48,014 bases of DNA from Acidimicrobiales bacterium (GTDB taxonomy: Bacteria > Actinomycetota > Acidimicrobiia > Acidimicrobiales > AC-14), in assembly GCA_036259055.1 (NCBI GenBank), contig DATACM010000356.1:1-48014 (forward strand). Reading direction: 5' to 3'. This document shows, one piece after another, positions 15,499 through 23,645 of this stretch (positions within the stretch are counted from its first letter, which is position 1; each line of letters starts with the position of its first letter). The position numbers and the translations under genes were made by a program. The notes under the pieces were generated by a model. That model saw only the letters and a program-made list of their open reading frames with translations, made no database searches and had not been told where the DNA came from.

Positions 15499-16183
15499 GC
15501 TCGCGGGCCCGGGAGAACACGGCGTCGAAGGCGGGCTCGGTGAGCGTGCCGGTGAACGTGTTCTGCTGGCTGGGATGGTAGGAGTCGAGCAGCACCCGGC
15601 CGTCGGGCAGCGAGTGCTCGGCCAGGTGGCCGAACCGGGGACGGGGACGCAGCCCGTACAGCCCGCCGGCCACCGCGTCGTGGGCGAACTGGCCGAGGAC
15701 GACGATCACCCTCGTCCGGTCGAGGAGAGCCAGCTCCCGGGCGAGATAGGGAAGGCACCGGTCGCGCTCCTCGGGCGTCGGCCGGTTCGCGGGCGGGGCG
15801 CAGCGGACGGCGGCGGCCACCCACGCGCCGGTGAGGCGCAGACCGTCGGCGGCGTGCTCGCTCGTCGGCTGGTTGGCGAACCCGGCCCGCCACAGCGCCC
15901 GGAACACCCAGTCGCCGGAACGGTCGCCGGTGAACACCCGGCCCGTACGGTTGCCGCCGTGGGCGGCGGGCGCCAGCCCTACGACCACCAGGCGCGCGCC
16001 GGGGTCCCCGAAGGCGGGCACCGGCCGACCCCAGTACGACTCCGACCGGAAGGCGGCCCGCTTCTCGGCCGCGACCTGCTCGCGCCACACCACCAGGCGC
16101 GGGCAGGCCCGGCACGCCACCACCTCCGCCCTCACCTTCTCGAGCGAATCCGTGCGCCGTACCCCCGACTCGGCATCTCGCAC
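15479..16183 (-). CDS. uracil-DNA glycosylase, family 5-like (UdgB type)
   Basis: Motif A 'GLAPAAHGGNRTGRVFTGD', motif B 'HPSQQN', Fe-S Cys 'CRACPRL'. GTG 16183 is the only start upstream of these motifs. The rest of track ORF 15479..16726 is a shadow frame. Confidence 0.8.
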   Translation of the reverse strand: MRDAESGVRRTDSLEKVRAEVVACRACPRLVVWREQVAAEKRAAFRSESYWGRPVPAFGDPGARLVVVGLAPAAHGGNRTGRVFTGDRSGDWVFRALWRAGFANQPTSEHAADGLRLTGAWVAAAVRCAPPANRPTPEERDRCLPYLARELALLDRTRVIVVLGQFAHDAVAGGLYGLRPRPRFGHLAEHSLPDGRVLLDSYHPSQQNTFTGTLTEPAFDAVFSRARELIAGRR

Positions 16184-16207
16184 CTGAGGGTAGGTTGGCG
16201 CCCAGCG

Positions 16208-16852
16208 ATGCCCCGCACCAGAGCGCGCCCGCGCCCGACCCTCGTCCTCTTCGTGCGTCACGGCCACACCCCCACCACGGGCAAGCTCCTCCCCGGTCGA
16301 GCAGCCGGGCTCCACCTGTCCGACGACGGGCTGGCCCAGGCGCGGGCGGTGGCCGAGCGCATCGCCGCCCTGCCGGCGGTCGACGCGATCTACTCGTCGC
16401 CCCTGGAGCGCACGCGCGAGACGGCGGCGGCCATCGCCGCCGCCCGCGGCCTCAAGGTCAAGGCCGAGCGGGGCCTGCTCGAGGCGGACATCGGGGAGTG
16501 GACCGGGCGGGAGCTCAAAGCCGTGCGGCGTGTCCCCGAGTGGAAGGCGGTGCAGCGCCACCCCAGCGGCTTTCGGTTCCCGGGTGGTGAGAGCTTCCTC
16601 GAGATGCAGAGCCGCATGGTGGACACCGTCGACCGCCTGCGCGCCGCCCACCCCGGCGCCACCATCGTCGCCGTCTCCCACGCCGACCCCATCAAGGCGG
16701 CCATGGCCCACGCCCTGGGCACCCACCTCGACCTCTTCCAGCGGTTCGCCATCTCCCCCTGCTCGGTGAGCGCGGTGGCCTACGGGAACGGTGGGCCGAT
16801 GGTGCTGACGGTCAACTCGGTGGGCGACCTGCGGGCCCTCAAGCCGTCATGA
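16208..16852 (+). CDS. histidine phosphatase (MSMEG_4193-type putative phosphomutase)
   Basis: 'LVLFVRHGHT', 'SSPLERTRETA' and 'VAVSHADPIKA'. It is followed by DUF3090 and SCO1664-family genes, as in the conserved actinobacterial trio. Confidence 0.85.
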   Translation: MPRTRARPRPTLVLFVRHGHTPTTGKLLPGRAAGLHLSDDGLAQARAVAERIAALPAVDAIYSSPLERTRETAAAIAAARGLKVKAERGLLEADIGEWTGRELKAVRRVPEWKAVQRHPSGFRFPGGESFLEMQSRMVDTVDRLRAAHPGATIVAVSHADPIKAAMAHALGTHLDLFQRFAISPCSVSAVAYGNGGPMVLTVNSVGDLRALKPS

Positions 16853-16871
16853 GCGGAGACCGGCGGCGGCG

Positions 16872-17372
16872 GTGGCGGTGAGCTCCTCGTTCGAGATGCC
16901 TGACCTCGACGTCCTCACGACGGGCACCGAGGGCCCCCCGGGTCGGCGCATCTTCTACCTCCAGGCCCGCCGGGGCGACCAGGTCGTGACCCTCCGGCTG
17001 GAGAAGACCCAGGTGGCGGCGCTCGTCACCTATCTCTCCGCCCTCCTGGCCGACCTCCCGCCGCCCGGGGACCTGCCCACCGACCTCGACCTCGTCCAGC
17101 CCTTGGTCGCCGAGTGGGTGGTCGGGTCGCTGGGCGTCTCCTACGACGAGGAAGGCGACCGCATCGTGCTGGTGGCGGAGGAGCTGGTCGACGAGGGCGA
17201 GGAGGCGGCCCACGCCCGCTTCACCGCCACCCGGGAGCAGATCGCCGCCCTGTCCCGCCACGGCGCCGCGGTGGTCGAGGCGGGGCGGCCGCCGTGCCCG
17301 CTGTGTGGACAGCCCCTCGATCCCGAAGGACACATGTGCGTTCGGCTGAACGGACATCGCCAGATCCGCTGA
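16872..17372 (+). CDS. DUF3090 family protein
   Basis: 'GPPGRRIFYLQARRGDQVVTLRLEKTQV', and C-terminal 'GRPPCPLCGQPLDPEGHMCVRLNGH'. Confidence 0.8.
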   Translation: MAVSSSFEMPDLDVLTTGTEGPPGRRIFYLQARRGDQVVTLRLEKTQVAALVTYLSALLADLPPPGDLPTDLDLVQPLVAEWVVGSLGVSYDEEGDRIVLVAEELVDEGEEAAHARFTATREQIAALSRHGAAVVEAGRPPCPLCGQPLDPEGHMCVRLNGHRQIR

Positions 17373-18052
17373 CGCTCCTCGGCGCCGGCCGGATCGACGT
17401 GAAGGGCCGGCTGCCGTGGAGCTCGAACGGCACGTTCCTGGTCGAGCTGTGCCTCGACGGCACCTCGGGCCTGGCCGTCTACAAGCCCCTGCGGGGCGAG
17501 CGGCCGCTGTGGGACTACCCCCGTGGGCTGTACCGGCGGGAGGTGGCGGCGTACGTGGTGTCCGAGGCCCTCGGGTGGGGCCTGGTGCCGGAGACGGTGA
17601 CCCGCGAGGACGGGCCCCTCGGCCCGGGATCGCTCCAGCGGTTCGTCGACGCCGACTTCTCCGAGCACTACTTCACGCTGCTCGAGCGTCCCGAGCACCA
17701 CGACGCCCTGAAGGCCATCTGCACGTTCGACCTCCTCATCAACAACGGCGACCGCAAGAGCGGGCACTGCCTCCTGGCCCACGACCGCCGGGTCTGGGGC
17801 ATCGACCACGGCCTGTCGTTGCATGCCGACCCCAAGCTGCGAACGGTGATCTGGGACTTCGCCGGCCAGCCCGTCCCCGCCGCCCGAGTCGACGCGCTTG
17901 CCCGCCTCGCCTCCGCCCCGCCCGCCGAGCTCACCGGCCTGGTCGACGACGACGAGATCGAGGCGCTGGCCGCCCGGGCGGCGGCCATCGTCCGCCACCC
18001 GTTCTTCCCCCACGTCCGCTCGGCCCGCGCCTACCCGTGGCCGCTCGTGTGA
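17336..18052 (+). CDS. SCO1664 family protein (PI3/4-kinase-like fold; start uncertain)
   Basis: 'GRLPWSSNGTFLVEL...AVYKPLRGERPLWDYP...LINNGDRKSGHCL...WGIDHGLS'. GTG 17336 is the first start in frame and overlaps the DUF3090 gene end. Confidence 0.75.
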   Translation: MRSAERTSPDPLTLLGAGRIDVKGRLPWSSNGTFLVELCLDGTSGLAVYKPLRGERPLWDYPRGLYRREVAAYVVSEALGWGLVPETVTREDGPLGPGSLQRFVDADFSEHYFTLLERPEHHDALKAICTFDLLINNGDRKSGHCLLAHDRRVWGIDHGLSLHADPKLRTVIWDFAGQPVPAARVDALARLASAPPAELTGLVDDDEIEALAARAAAIVRHPFFPHVRSARAYPWPLV

Positions 18053-19068
18053 GACCCGACCGCATCGGCGAGCTGATCGAGGGCGGCGACCTCGACGAGC
18101 TCGTGCGCCACGTCGACCACCTCTGCTTCGCCGAGGACTGGGACGGGCTGGTGGAGCTGCGCGACCGCTCGCGCAAGGCGTTCGAGCGGGGGCGGCAGCT
18201 GTGGCCGGTGGCCAGCCTGGCCGAGTACCGCCTGGCTCTGGAGGCGCCGGCGCCGTGGGCCGCCGCCGTCGTGGTGCCCGGGGCGGGGCGCTTCGCCCTC
18301 GGGCCGCTGCCCGAGGTGGCGGCACAGGACCACCGCTGGGCCGACCTGGCGCCTCATCTCCCCCGCACGCCCGAGGCCACCTTCGTGGCCCACGAGCGGG
18401 TGGTCCGGGGGGAGGACCTCAGCGGCGACGAACGCGTCGATCGAACGGCCCTCGAGCTGCCGCTGCGCGTCGAACCGTGGGAGCCGGAGTACCCGGTCGC
18501 CGTCTACCGCCCCGACGAGGCGCAGTTCCCCGAACGGCCCTCGGCAACTGCGGTGGCGGCGGCCGCTGCCACCGTCGAGCTGCCGGCCCCCGCCCAGGAG
18601 GTGGACGACCCCGAGGCGTGCACCGCCCTGGTGGAGCTGGCCGGCGCCTGGGTGACGGAGTCCAACGGCCACGCTCGGGCGATCGCCGTTGCCGGCGACG
18701 CCGTGGCCGCGCTGGCGACGCTCGGGGCCAGCGGTGCCGGTCCCCCCGCCCACCTGGGGCTGGCGCCCGTTCCTGTCGAGGACGCCCTCGCCGCCATGGC
18801 CTGGACGGCGGCCAGCGGCGGCGCCCACGGCCGCCGGCGAGGGATGGCCGCCGGGCGCTTCGGCGCGTGGTGGGCGGCGACGGCCCTCAGCATCGGGCTC
18901 GACCGCTGGCCGCCCGCTCCCGACGCGCTGGGCGAGGCGCTCACCGCCCTGCGCTGGTTCCGCTGGCAGCCGGCGAGTGGAGCGTCGGCCGGCTGGTCCC
19001 TCCGCCTGGCGGTCGAGGACGCCGGGGCCGGCCGGGCGTGGGTGGTGGAGGCGGTCGACACCGTCTGA
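18049..19068 (+). CDS. hypothetical protein, translationally coupled to SCO1664-family gene
   Basis: GTG 18049 overlaps the upstream stop (GTGTGA). It encodes 339 aa with good GC3 bias ('VRPDRIGELIEGGDLDELVRHVDHLCFAEDWDGLVELRDRS...'). No family recognised. Confidence 0.55.
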   Translation: MRPDRIGELIEGGDLDELVRHVDHLCFAEDWDGLVELRDRSRKAFERGRQLWPVASLAEYRLALEAPAPWAAAVVVPGAGRFALGPLPEVAAQDHRWADLAPHLPRTPEATFVAHERVVRGEDLSGDERVDRTALELPLRVEPWEPEYPVAVYRPDEAQFPERPSATAVAAAAATVELPAPAQEVDDPEACTALVELAGAWVTESNGHARAIAVAGDAVAALATLGASGAGPPAHLGLAPVPVEDALAAMAWTAASGGAHGRRRGMAAGRFGAWWAATALSIGLDRWPPAPDALGEALTALRWFRWQPASGASAGWSLRLAVEDAGAGRAWVVEAVDTV

Positions 19069-19092
19069 CGCCGTTCCGGCTTCGGGTTGCCT

Positions 19093-19248
19093 CTACCGGC
19101 GCCCCCGGCCGAGCTTGTAGCCGAAGCCGAGGAGGGCGATGACGGCCAGGAGGATGCCGACGAAGAGGAGCCAGAGGACGGTTTTGACGAGCGCGCCGAC
19201 GAGCCCGAGGACCAGGGCGATCACGAGCAGGGCGACGAGGGCGGGCAT
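19093..19248 (-). CDS. small hydrophobic membrane protein (51 aa)
   Basis: 'MPALVALLVIALVLGLVGALVKTVLWLLFVGILLAVIALLGFGYKLGRGRR' has two TM helices and a basic tail. Confidence 0.5.
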   Translation of the reverse strand: MPALVALLVIALVLGLVGALVKTVLWLLFVGILLAVIALLGFGYKLGRGRR

Positions 19249-19355
19249 CGTCGCAGACCTACCCAGCCCCTTGCGGACGCACGCCCGAGGTTGCCCCCGG
19301 GGGCTCGGCGCCACCCAGTACGGTCGGGGCTGACCGCCGAGGAGGACGCCAGAGG

Positions 19356-19733
19356 GTGACGGAGGGAGAGGTCCGGCTGGAAGTGCCGGCATCGCCGGAG
19401 TTCCTCCGCGTGGCGCGGATGATGGCCGCCGGCGTGGCGAGCCGCCTGGGGTTCACCCTGGAGGAGGTCGACGACCTCCGCATCGCCATCGACGAGCTCT
19501 GCTTCTCCCTCGTCGGCCGCAACGGCCGTCCGGGAACGGTCTCGCTCCGCTACGTCATGAGCGCCGACGGCCTGGCCGTCGAAGGCACCGGACGGTTCGC
19601 CGACCGGGGGGGCGACGAGCCGCGTCTGTCGCCGATGTCCATGCAGATCCTGCAGGCGGTCACCGACGACTGCAACGTCGAAGTCGGTGCCGACGGGCCC
19701 ACCTTTCGGCTGTTCAAGCGCCGGCGGGTGTGA
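19356..19733 (+). CDS. RsbW/UsfX-like anti-sigma factor with degenerate ATPase motifs
   Basis: 125 aa, immediately upstream of the SigB/F-type sigma gene and overlapping it by 4 nt. 'EFLRVARMMAAGVASRLGF..EEVDDLRIAIDELCFSLV' resembles the anti-sigma HATPase-like N-part. No clear N/G1/G2 boxes. Confidence 0.6.
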   Translation: MTEGEVRLEVPASPEFLRVARMMAAGVASRLGFTLEEVDDLRIAIDELCFSLVGRNGRPGTVSLRYVMSADGLAVEGTGRFADRGGDEPRLSPMSMQILQAVTDDCNVEVGADGPTFRLFKRRRV

Positions 19734-20488
19734 CGTCCATGGCCTTCGACGCTCAGGAGCGCGACGACCTGCGTCGCAAGTTCCGCGAGTACGCGGAGAC
19801 CCACGACCCCGAGCTCCGCGAGGAGCTGGTGACCGCCCACATCGGCCTGGCCGAATACCTGGCCCGACGGTTCACCAACCGCGGCGAGCCGCTCGACGAC
19901 CTGGTGCAGGTCGCCTCACTCGGCCTGCTCAAGGCGGTCGACCGATTCGACCCCGAGCGGGGCCTGGAGTTCTCCACGTACGCGACGCCGACGATCGTCG
20001 GCGAGCTCAAACGTCACTTCCGCGACAAGGGATGGGCCGTCCGGGTCCCCCGACGGGTGCAGGAGCTCCACCTGCGCCTCGGGACGGTCGTGAGCACGCT
20101 CTCTCAGGAGCTCGGGCGCTCGCCCACCATCGGCGAGATCGCCCAGGCCGCCAGCGTCTCCGAGGAGGACGTTCTCGAGGCCATCGAGGCGGGCCACGCC
20201 TACCGGTTCACGTCGCTCGACGCTCCCAGCGGCGCCGACGAGGAGGGCACGCTCGCCTCTCAGCTCGGGGGCGACGACCAGGCGCTGCTCGACAGCGAGC
20301 ACCGCGTCGCCCTCTCCCCGCTCATCGCCCGCTTCCCGCCGCGCGAGCGCACGATCCTGCACCTGCGCTTCTTCGAGGGTCTCACCCAGTCCGAGATCGC
20401 CAGCCGTCTGGGGATCAGCCAGATGCACGTCTCCCGGCTGCTGGCGCGCAGCCTGGCCCAGCTCAGGGCGTCGGCCGACGACACGTAG
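19730..20488 (+). CDS. SigB/SigF/SigG family RNA polymerase sigma factor
   Basis: Region 2 'DLVQVASLGLLKAVDRFDPERGLEFSTYATPTIVGELKRHFRD', region 3 'PTIGEIA', region 4 'LTQSEIASRLGISQMHVSRLL'. The start is GTG 19730 or ATG 19739. Confidence 0.9.
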   Translation: MTSMAFDAQERDDLRRKFREYAETHDPELREELVTAHIGLAEYLARRFTNRGEPLDDLVQVASLGLLKAVDRFDPERGLEFSTYATPTIVGELKRHFRDKGWAVRVPRRVQELHLRLGTVVSTLSQELGRSPTIGEIAQAASVSEEDVLEAIEAGHAYRFTSLDAPSGADEEGTLASQLGGDDQALLDSEHRVALSPLIARFPPRERTILHLRFFEGLTQSEIASRLGISQMHVSRLLARSLAQLRASADDT

Positions 20489-20549
20489 CCCGCGCCTGCG
20501 CTAGTCGGTCCGGCGGGATGCCGAGCGGGCGATGTGAGAGGCTCAGCTG

Positions 20550-21515
20550 GTGAGCAACAGCACCAGCTCGGGGGAGTCCCGGGGCGCGGAGCGCCGACGG
20601 CGTGTGCGGCTCATCGTCAACCCGGCCGCTTCTGCGGTCAGCGACAAGTCGCGGCGGGCCGTCCGGCACGCCCTGGCGATCCACGACGTCGAAGAGGTGG
20701 AGACCGAGAAGCGCGACGACGCGACCGGCCTGGCCCGGGAAGCGGCCCAGGCCGGCGTCGACGCAGTGGTCGTCCTCGGCGGCGACGGCACCGCCAACGA
20801 GGCGGCCAACGGCCTCCTCGGCACGGACACCGCGTTGGCCGCCCTGCCCGGCGGCTCGACCAACGTGTTCGTGCGCACCCTCGGGCTGGCCCACAAGCCC
20901 GCTCCGGCGGCCGCCCAGGTGTCCGAGGCCCTGGCCCGCTCGTCGCTGCGGCGCATGCCCGTCGGGATGGCCGGCGACCGGGCCTTCCTCTTCCACGTCG
21001 GGCTGGGCTTCGACGCCGCCGTCGTCGCCCAGGTCGAGCGCCGGAGCAGCCTCAAGCGCACGATCGGCCAAGCCGTCTTCGTGTACGCCGCCTTCGCCAC
21101 CTGGTTCCGCCACTACGACACCCGCGAGCCGGCGTTCGCCCTGGAGTTCGAAGACGGCACCGTCGTCGAGGACGGCTACTTCTCCATAGTCCTCAATACC
21201 AACCCCTACACCTACTTGGGTCCCCGGCCGTTGAACGTGGCTCCCGGCGCCACAGGCGAGAACGGGCTCACCGTCGTCACCCTGCGCACCTTGAAGGTCG
21301 GAGTGCTCCTCGGCGTCACCGGCCGAGCCCTGGGACGGGGAGACCGCGTGGGCCAACACCCCCAGGTCGACCACCGGCGGGACCTGGGCCGCATCACCGT
21401 CGAGGGCCGCCGTCCGGTGCCCTGGCAGGCGGACGGCGACTACCTCGGCGAGACCGAGCACCTCGTCCTCGCCCAGTCGCCCCACCGTCTCCCGGTGGTC
21501 GTCCCCGGCGGCTGA
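20550..21515 (+). CDS. diacylglycerol/lipid kinase family protein
   Basis: 'RVRLIVNPAA', 'DAVVVLGGDGTANEAANGL' and 'LAALPGGSTNVFVRTLG' are DAGK catalytic-domain motifs. Confidence 0.85.
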   Translation: MSNSTSSGESRGAERRRRVRLIVNPAASAVSDKSRRAVRHALAIHDVEEVETEKRDDATGLAREAAQAGVDAVVVLGGDGTANEAANGLLGTDTALAALPGGSTNVFVRTLGLAHKPAPAAAQVSEALARSSLRRMPVGMAGDRAFLFHVGLGFDAAVVAQVERRSSLKRTIGQAVFVYAAFATWFRHYDTREPAFALEFEDGTVVEDGYFSIVLNTNPYTYLGPRPLNVAPGATGENGLTVVTLRTLKVGVLLGVTGRALGRGDRVGQHPQVDHRRDLGRITVEGRRPVPWQADGDYLGETEHLVLAQSPHRLPVVVPGG

Positions 21516-21540
21516 GTCCCCGCACCGCCCAAGCCCCCAC

Positions 21541-21606
21541 CAGTTCGCCACCAAGCCGGCGCTCGCGGCCAGCCTCCGTGGCGAACTGTTCGGCCAGGTG
21601 GCTCGC
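21541..21606. repeat. 11-bp inverted repeat plus copy 2 of the 26-nt repeat
   Basis: CAGTTCGCCAC (21541-21551) pairs with GTGGCGAACTG (21578-21588) around a 26-nt loop. The right arm runs into GGCGAACTGTTCGGCCAGGTGGCTCGC (21580-21606), which corresponds to 883-908. It starts 26 nt after the DAG-kinase stop. Confidence 0.6.
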
Positions 21607-21741
21607 TCGGGAAAGCTCGTCGGACCCCCGCCCGGGCCTTGCGAATTTCCGCACAAGGTTCTTGTGGGCGCCTGTCGGCCGGTTTACAATTTTTTCGAAC
21701 CCCGCCGTCGTTTCAGCCGCGCCACTACGGGTATGCTCGTT

Positions 21742-21757
21742 TGTGAAAGAGATCACA
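21742..21757. promoter_or_regulatory. perfect CRP/FNR-family consensus site TGTGA-N6-TCACA
   Basis: TGTGAAAGAGATCACA ends 19 nt before the whiB GTG and immediately precedes its GGAGGA RBS. Confidence 0.55.
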
Positions 21758-21775
21758 TGCAGTCGGAGGAACTCA

Positions 21776-22066
21776 GTGGCCCTCACATGGAGCCGGACGC
21801 ATGAGTGGGACGCCGACGACTGGCGGCGACGGGCCGCCTGCCGGGACACCGACCCGGACCTGTTCTTTCCGGTAGGCACGACCGGGCTGGCCCTCGACCA
21901 GATCGCCGCCGCCAAGGCCGTGTGCCGGTCCTGCGAGGCCCAGGCCGAGTGCCTGGAGTTCGCCTTGGCCACCAACCAGGAGTCGGGAGTCTGGGGAGGG
22001 ACCTCGGAGGAGGAACGCCGCAAGCTCCGCAAGGCGTGGCTGGCCCGCCGCCGCCGCGCCTGCTGA
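21776..22066 (+). CDS. whiB: WhiB family redox-sensing regulator (WhiB1-like)
   Basis: GTG 21776 lies 5 nt after GGAGGA. 'AACRDTDPDLFFPVGTTGLALDQIAAAKAVCRSCEAQAECLEFALATNQESGVWGGTSEEERRKL' has the four Cys and the G[VI]WGG turn. It is convergent with a PdtaS-like kinase gene, as for M. tuberculosis whiB1. Confidence 0.85.
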   Translation: MALTWSRTHEWDADDWRRRAACRDTDPDLFFPVGTTGLALDQIAAAKAVCRSCEAQAECLEFALATNQESGVWGGTSEEERRKLRKAWLARRRRAC

Positions 22067-22078
22067 CCTTCCCCCGCG

Positions 22079-23548
22079 CTACTCCAGCGCCCGCCCGGCG
22101 GCGACGGGGACCCTCACCTCGACCACCGTCCCTCCGTCCGACGACAGGGTGAGGCTCCCGCCCAGCTCGGTCGTGATGAGGGAGCGGACGATCGTGAGCC
22201 CGAGGCTGGGATGATCGCCGTCGAAGGTCGGCGGAAGGCCGGCGCCGTTGTCCCGCACCCGCACGACCAGCTCCGAGCCGTCGTTGGCCAGCGACACGAC
22301 CACGCGCCCGGGCCGGACGCTCGACCACCCCGCCGGGAAGCCGTGCTCTACCGCGTTCTGGAGCAACTCGGTGAGGGCCACCGCCAGCGGGGTGGCCACC
22401 TCGGCCCGAAGCGGCCCCGGGTCGCCCTCGACGGCGAACTCCATCCGGCGGTCCGGCGACACCAGCCCTTCCTCGACCCAGCGCACCAGCGACCGCACGA
22501 TGTCGCCGAAGTCCACCTCGGCGCTGGCCCCGGTCGACAGCCGCTCGTGGACGAGCGCGATGGCCCGGATGCGCTGCACCGACTCCTCGATCGCCTCCTT
22601 GGCCTCGGGCGAGGCCAGCCGCCGCCCCTGCAGGCGCAGGATCGACGCGATGGTCTGGAGGTTGTTCTTGACCCGGTGGTGCATCTCCCGGATGAGGACA
22701 TCCTTCGACACCAGCAGCCGGTCCCGGCGACGCAGCTCGGACACGTCCCGGACGATCACGAGCGCCCCCGTCACCGCCCCGCGCTCGAGCAGGGGGATGC
22801 AGCGCACGAGGAAGGTCACGTCCTTGCGCTCCAGCTCCTCGGTGATCGGCAGTCCGATGGCGAAGGCGGCCCGCACGGACGCCTCGTCGAACCCGATCTC
22901 GCCGAGCCGCGCCCCGATCACGTTGGCGTGGATCCCCATGCGGTGCAGGGCGGAGACGAAGTTCGGGGAGGCGAAGTCCACCCGGGCGGCGGCGTCCAGG
23001 CGGGCCACGCCGTCACCCACCCGGGGGGCGTCCTTGGGCTCGGTGCTCTCCGCCCCGAAGGGGAACTCGCCGGCGGAGATCATGCGGGCGAAGCGGTCGA
23101 AGATGTCGAGGTAGACCCGCTCGAGCTCACCCGGCCGGCGGCCCACCGACGGCGCCGACTCCCGCGTGAGTATCCCGAGGAGGCCCTCCTTGAACCGCAC
23201 GGGGATGCACTGGACGTTGGCCGCCTCGCCCCGAGGGCTGCCGTCGACCTCGCCGTCGATGATCTGGCCCAGCTCCCACGCCCGGGCGACGAGGGGGCAG
23301 TCGTCGGCGCCGACCACCTCCCCCACCCGGTCCTCGCGGTAGAGCGTCTGGCTGGTCGTGGGCCGCATCTGGTCGAGGACGACGAACCGGGGCGGGTCGT
23401 CGGGCTCGCCCACCACGGGCACGTAGAGCAACAGATCGGCGAAGCAGAGGTCGGCGAGGAACCCCCAGGACGCGACCAGCCGCTGGATGTGGCCCAGCGC
23501 CGCCGCGTCGAGGTCGGTCATCCGGGCGATCTCGGTCAGGGAGGCCAT
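22079..23548 (-). CDS. pdtaS: PdtaS-like cytoplasmic sensor histidine kinase (GAF-PAS-HisKA_2-HATPase)
   Basis: The H-box 'EMHHRVKNNLQTIASILRLQ' is typical of the HisKA_2/HWE-type kinases. There is a C-terminal ATPase ('LTELLQNAVEHGF', 'VRDNGAGLP', 'LGLTIV') and no TM segment. Confidence 0.85.
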   Translation of the reverse strand: MASLTEIARMTDLDAAALGHIQRLVASWGFLADLCFADLLLYVPVVGEPDDPPRFVVLDQMRPTTSQTLYREDRVGEVVGADDCPLVARAWELGQIIDGEVDGSPRGEAANVQCIPVRFKEGLLGILTRESAPSVGRRPGELERVYLDIFDRFARMISAGEFPFGAESTEPKDAPRVGDGVARLDAAARVDFASPNFVSALHRMGIHANVIGARLGEIGFDEASVRAAFAIGLPITEELERKDVTFLVRCIPLLERGAVTGALVIVRDVSELRRRDRLLVSKDVLIREMHHRVKNNLQTIASILRLQGRRLASPEAKEAIEESVQRIRAIALVHERLSTGASAEVDFGDIVRSLVRWVEEGLVSPDRRMEFAVEGDPGPLRAEVATPLAVALTELLQNAVEHGFPAGWSSVRPGRVVVSLANDGSELVVRVRDNGAGLPPTFDGDHPSLGLTIVRSLITTELGGSLTLSSDGGTVVEVRVPVAAGRALE

Positions 23549-23560
23549 GTCTCTCTCCCC

Positions 23561-23582
23561 GGGCGGGGCCCCAACCCCGCCC
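23561..23582 (-). terminator. candidate terminator hairpin after the ArsA-like pair
   Basis: GGGCGGGG-ccccaa-CCCCGCCC gives an 8-bp GC stem. It lies between the ArsA-like gene end (23646) and the pdtaS-like start (23548). Confidence 0.4.
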
Positions 23583-23645
23583 TCCTCGCCAGATGGGGCC
23601 CCTGCCCCGTCGGCGCAGTCATGTCATCTCCAGTGTAGGGAAGCG

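Noticed and set aside
21598-21804. 68-aa ORF (MARSGKLVGPPPGPCEFPHK...) in the whiB upstream region
   Set aside because: It crosses the AT-rich promoter-like tract with poor GC3 bias and overlaps the CRP-type site, the RBS and the whiB start in another frame. It has no RBS of its own.
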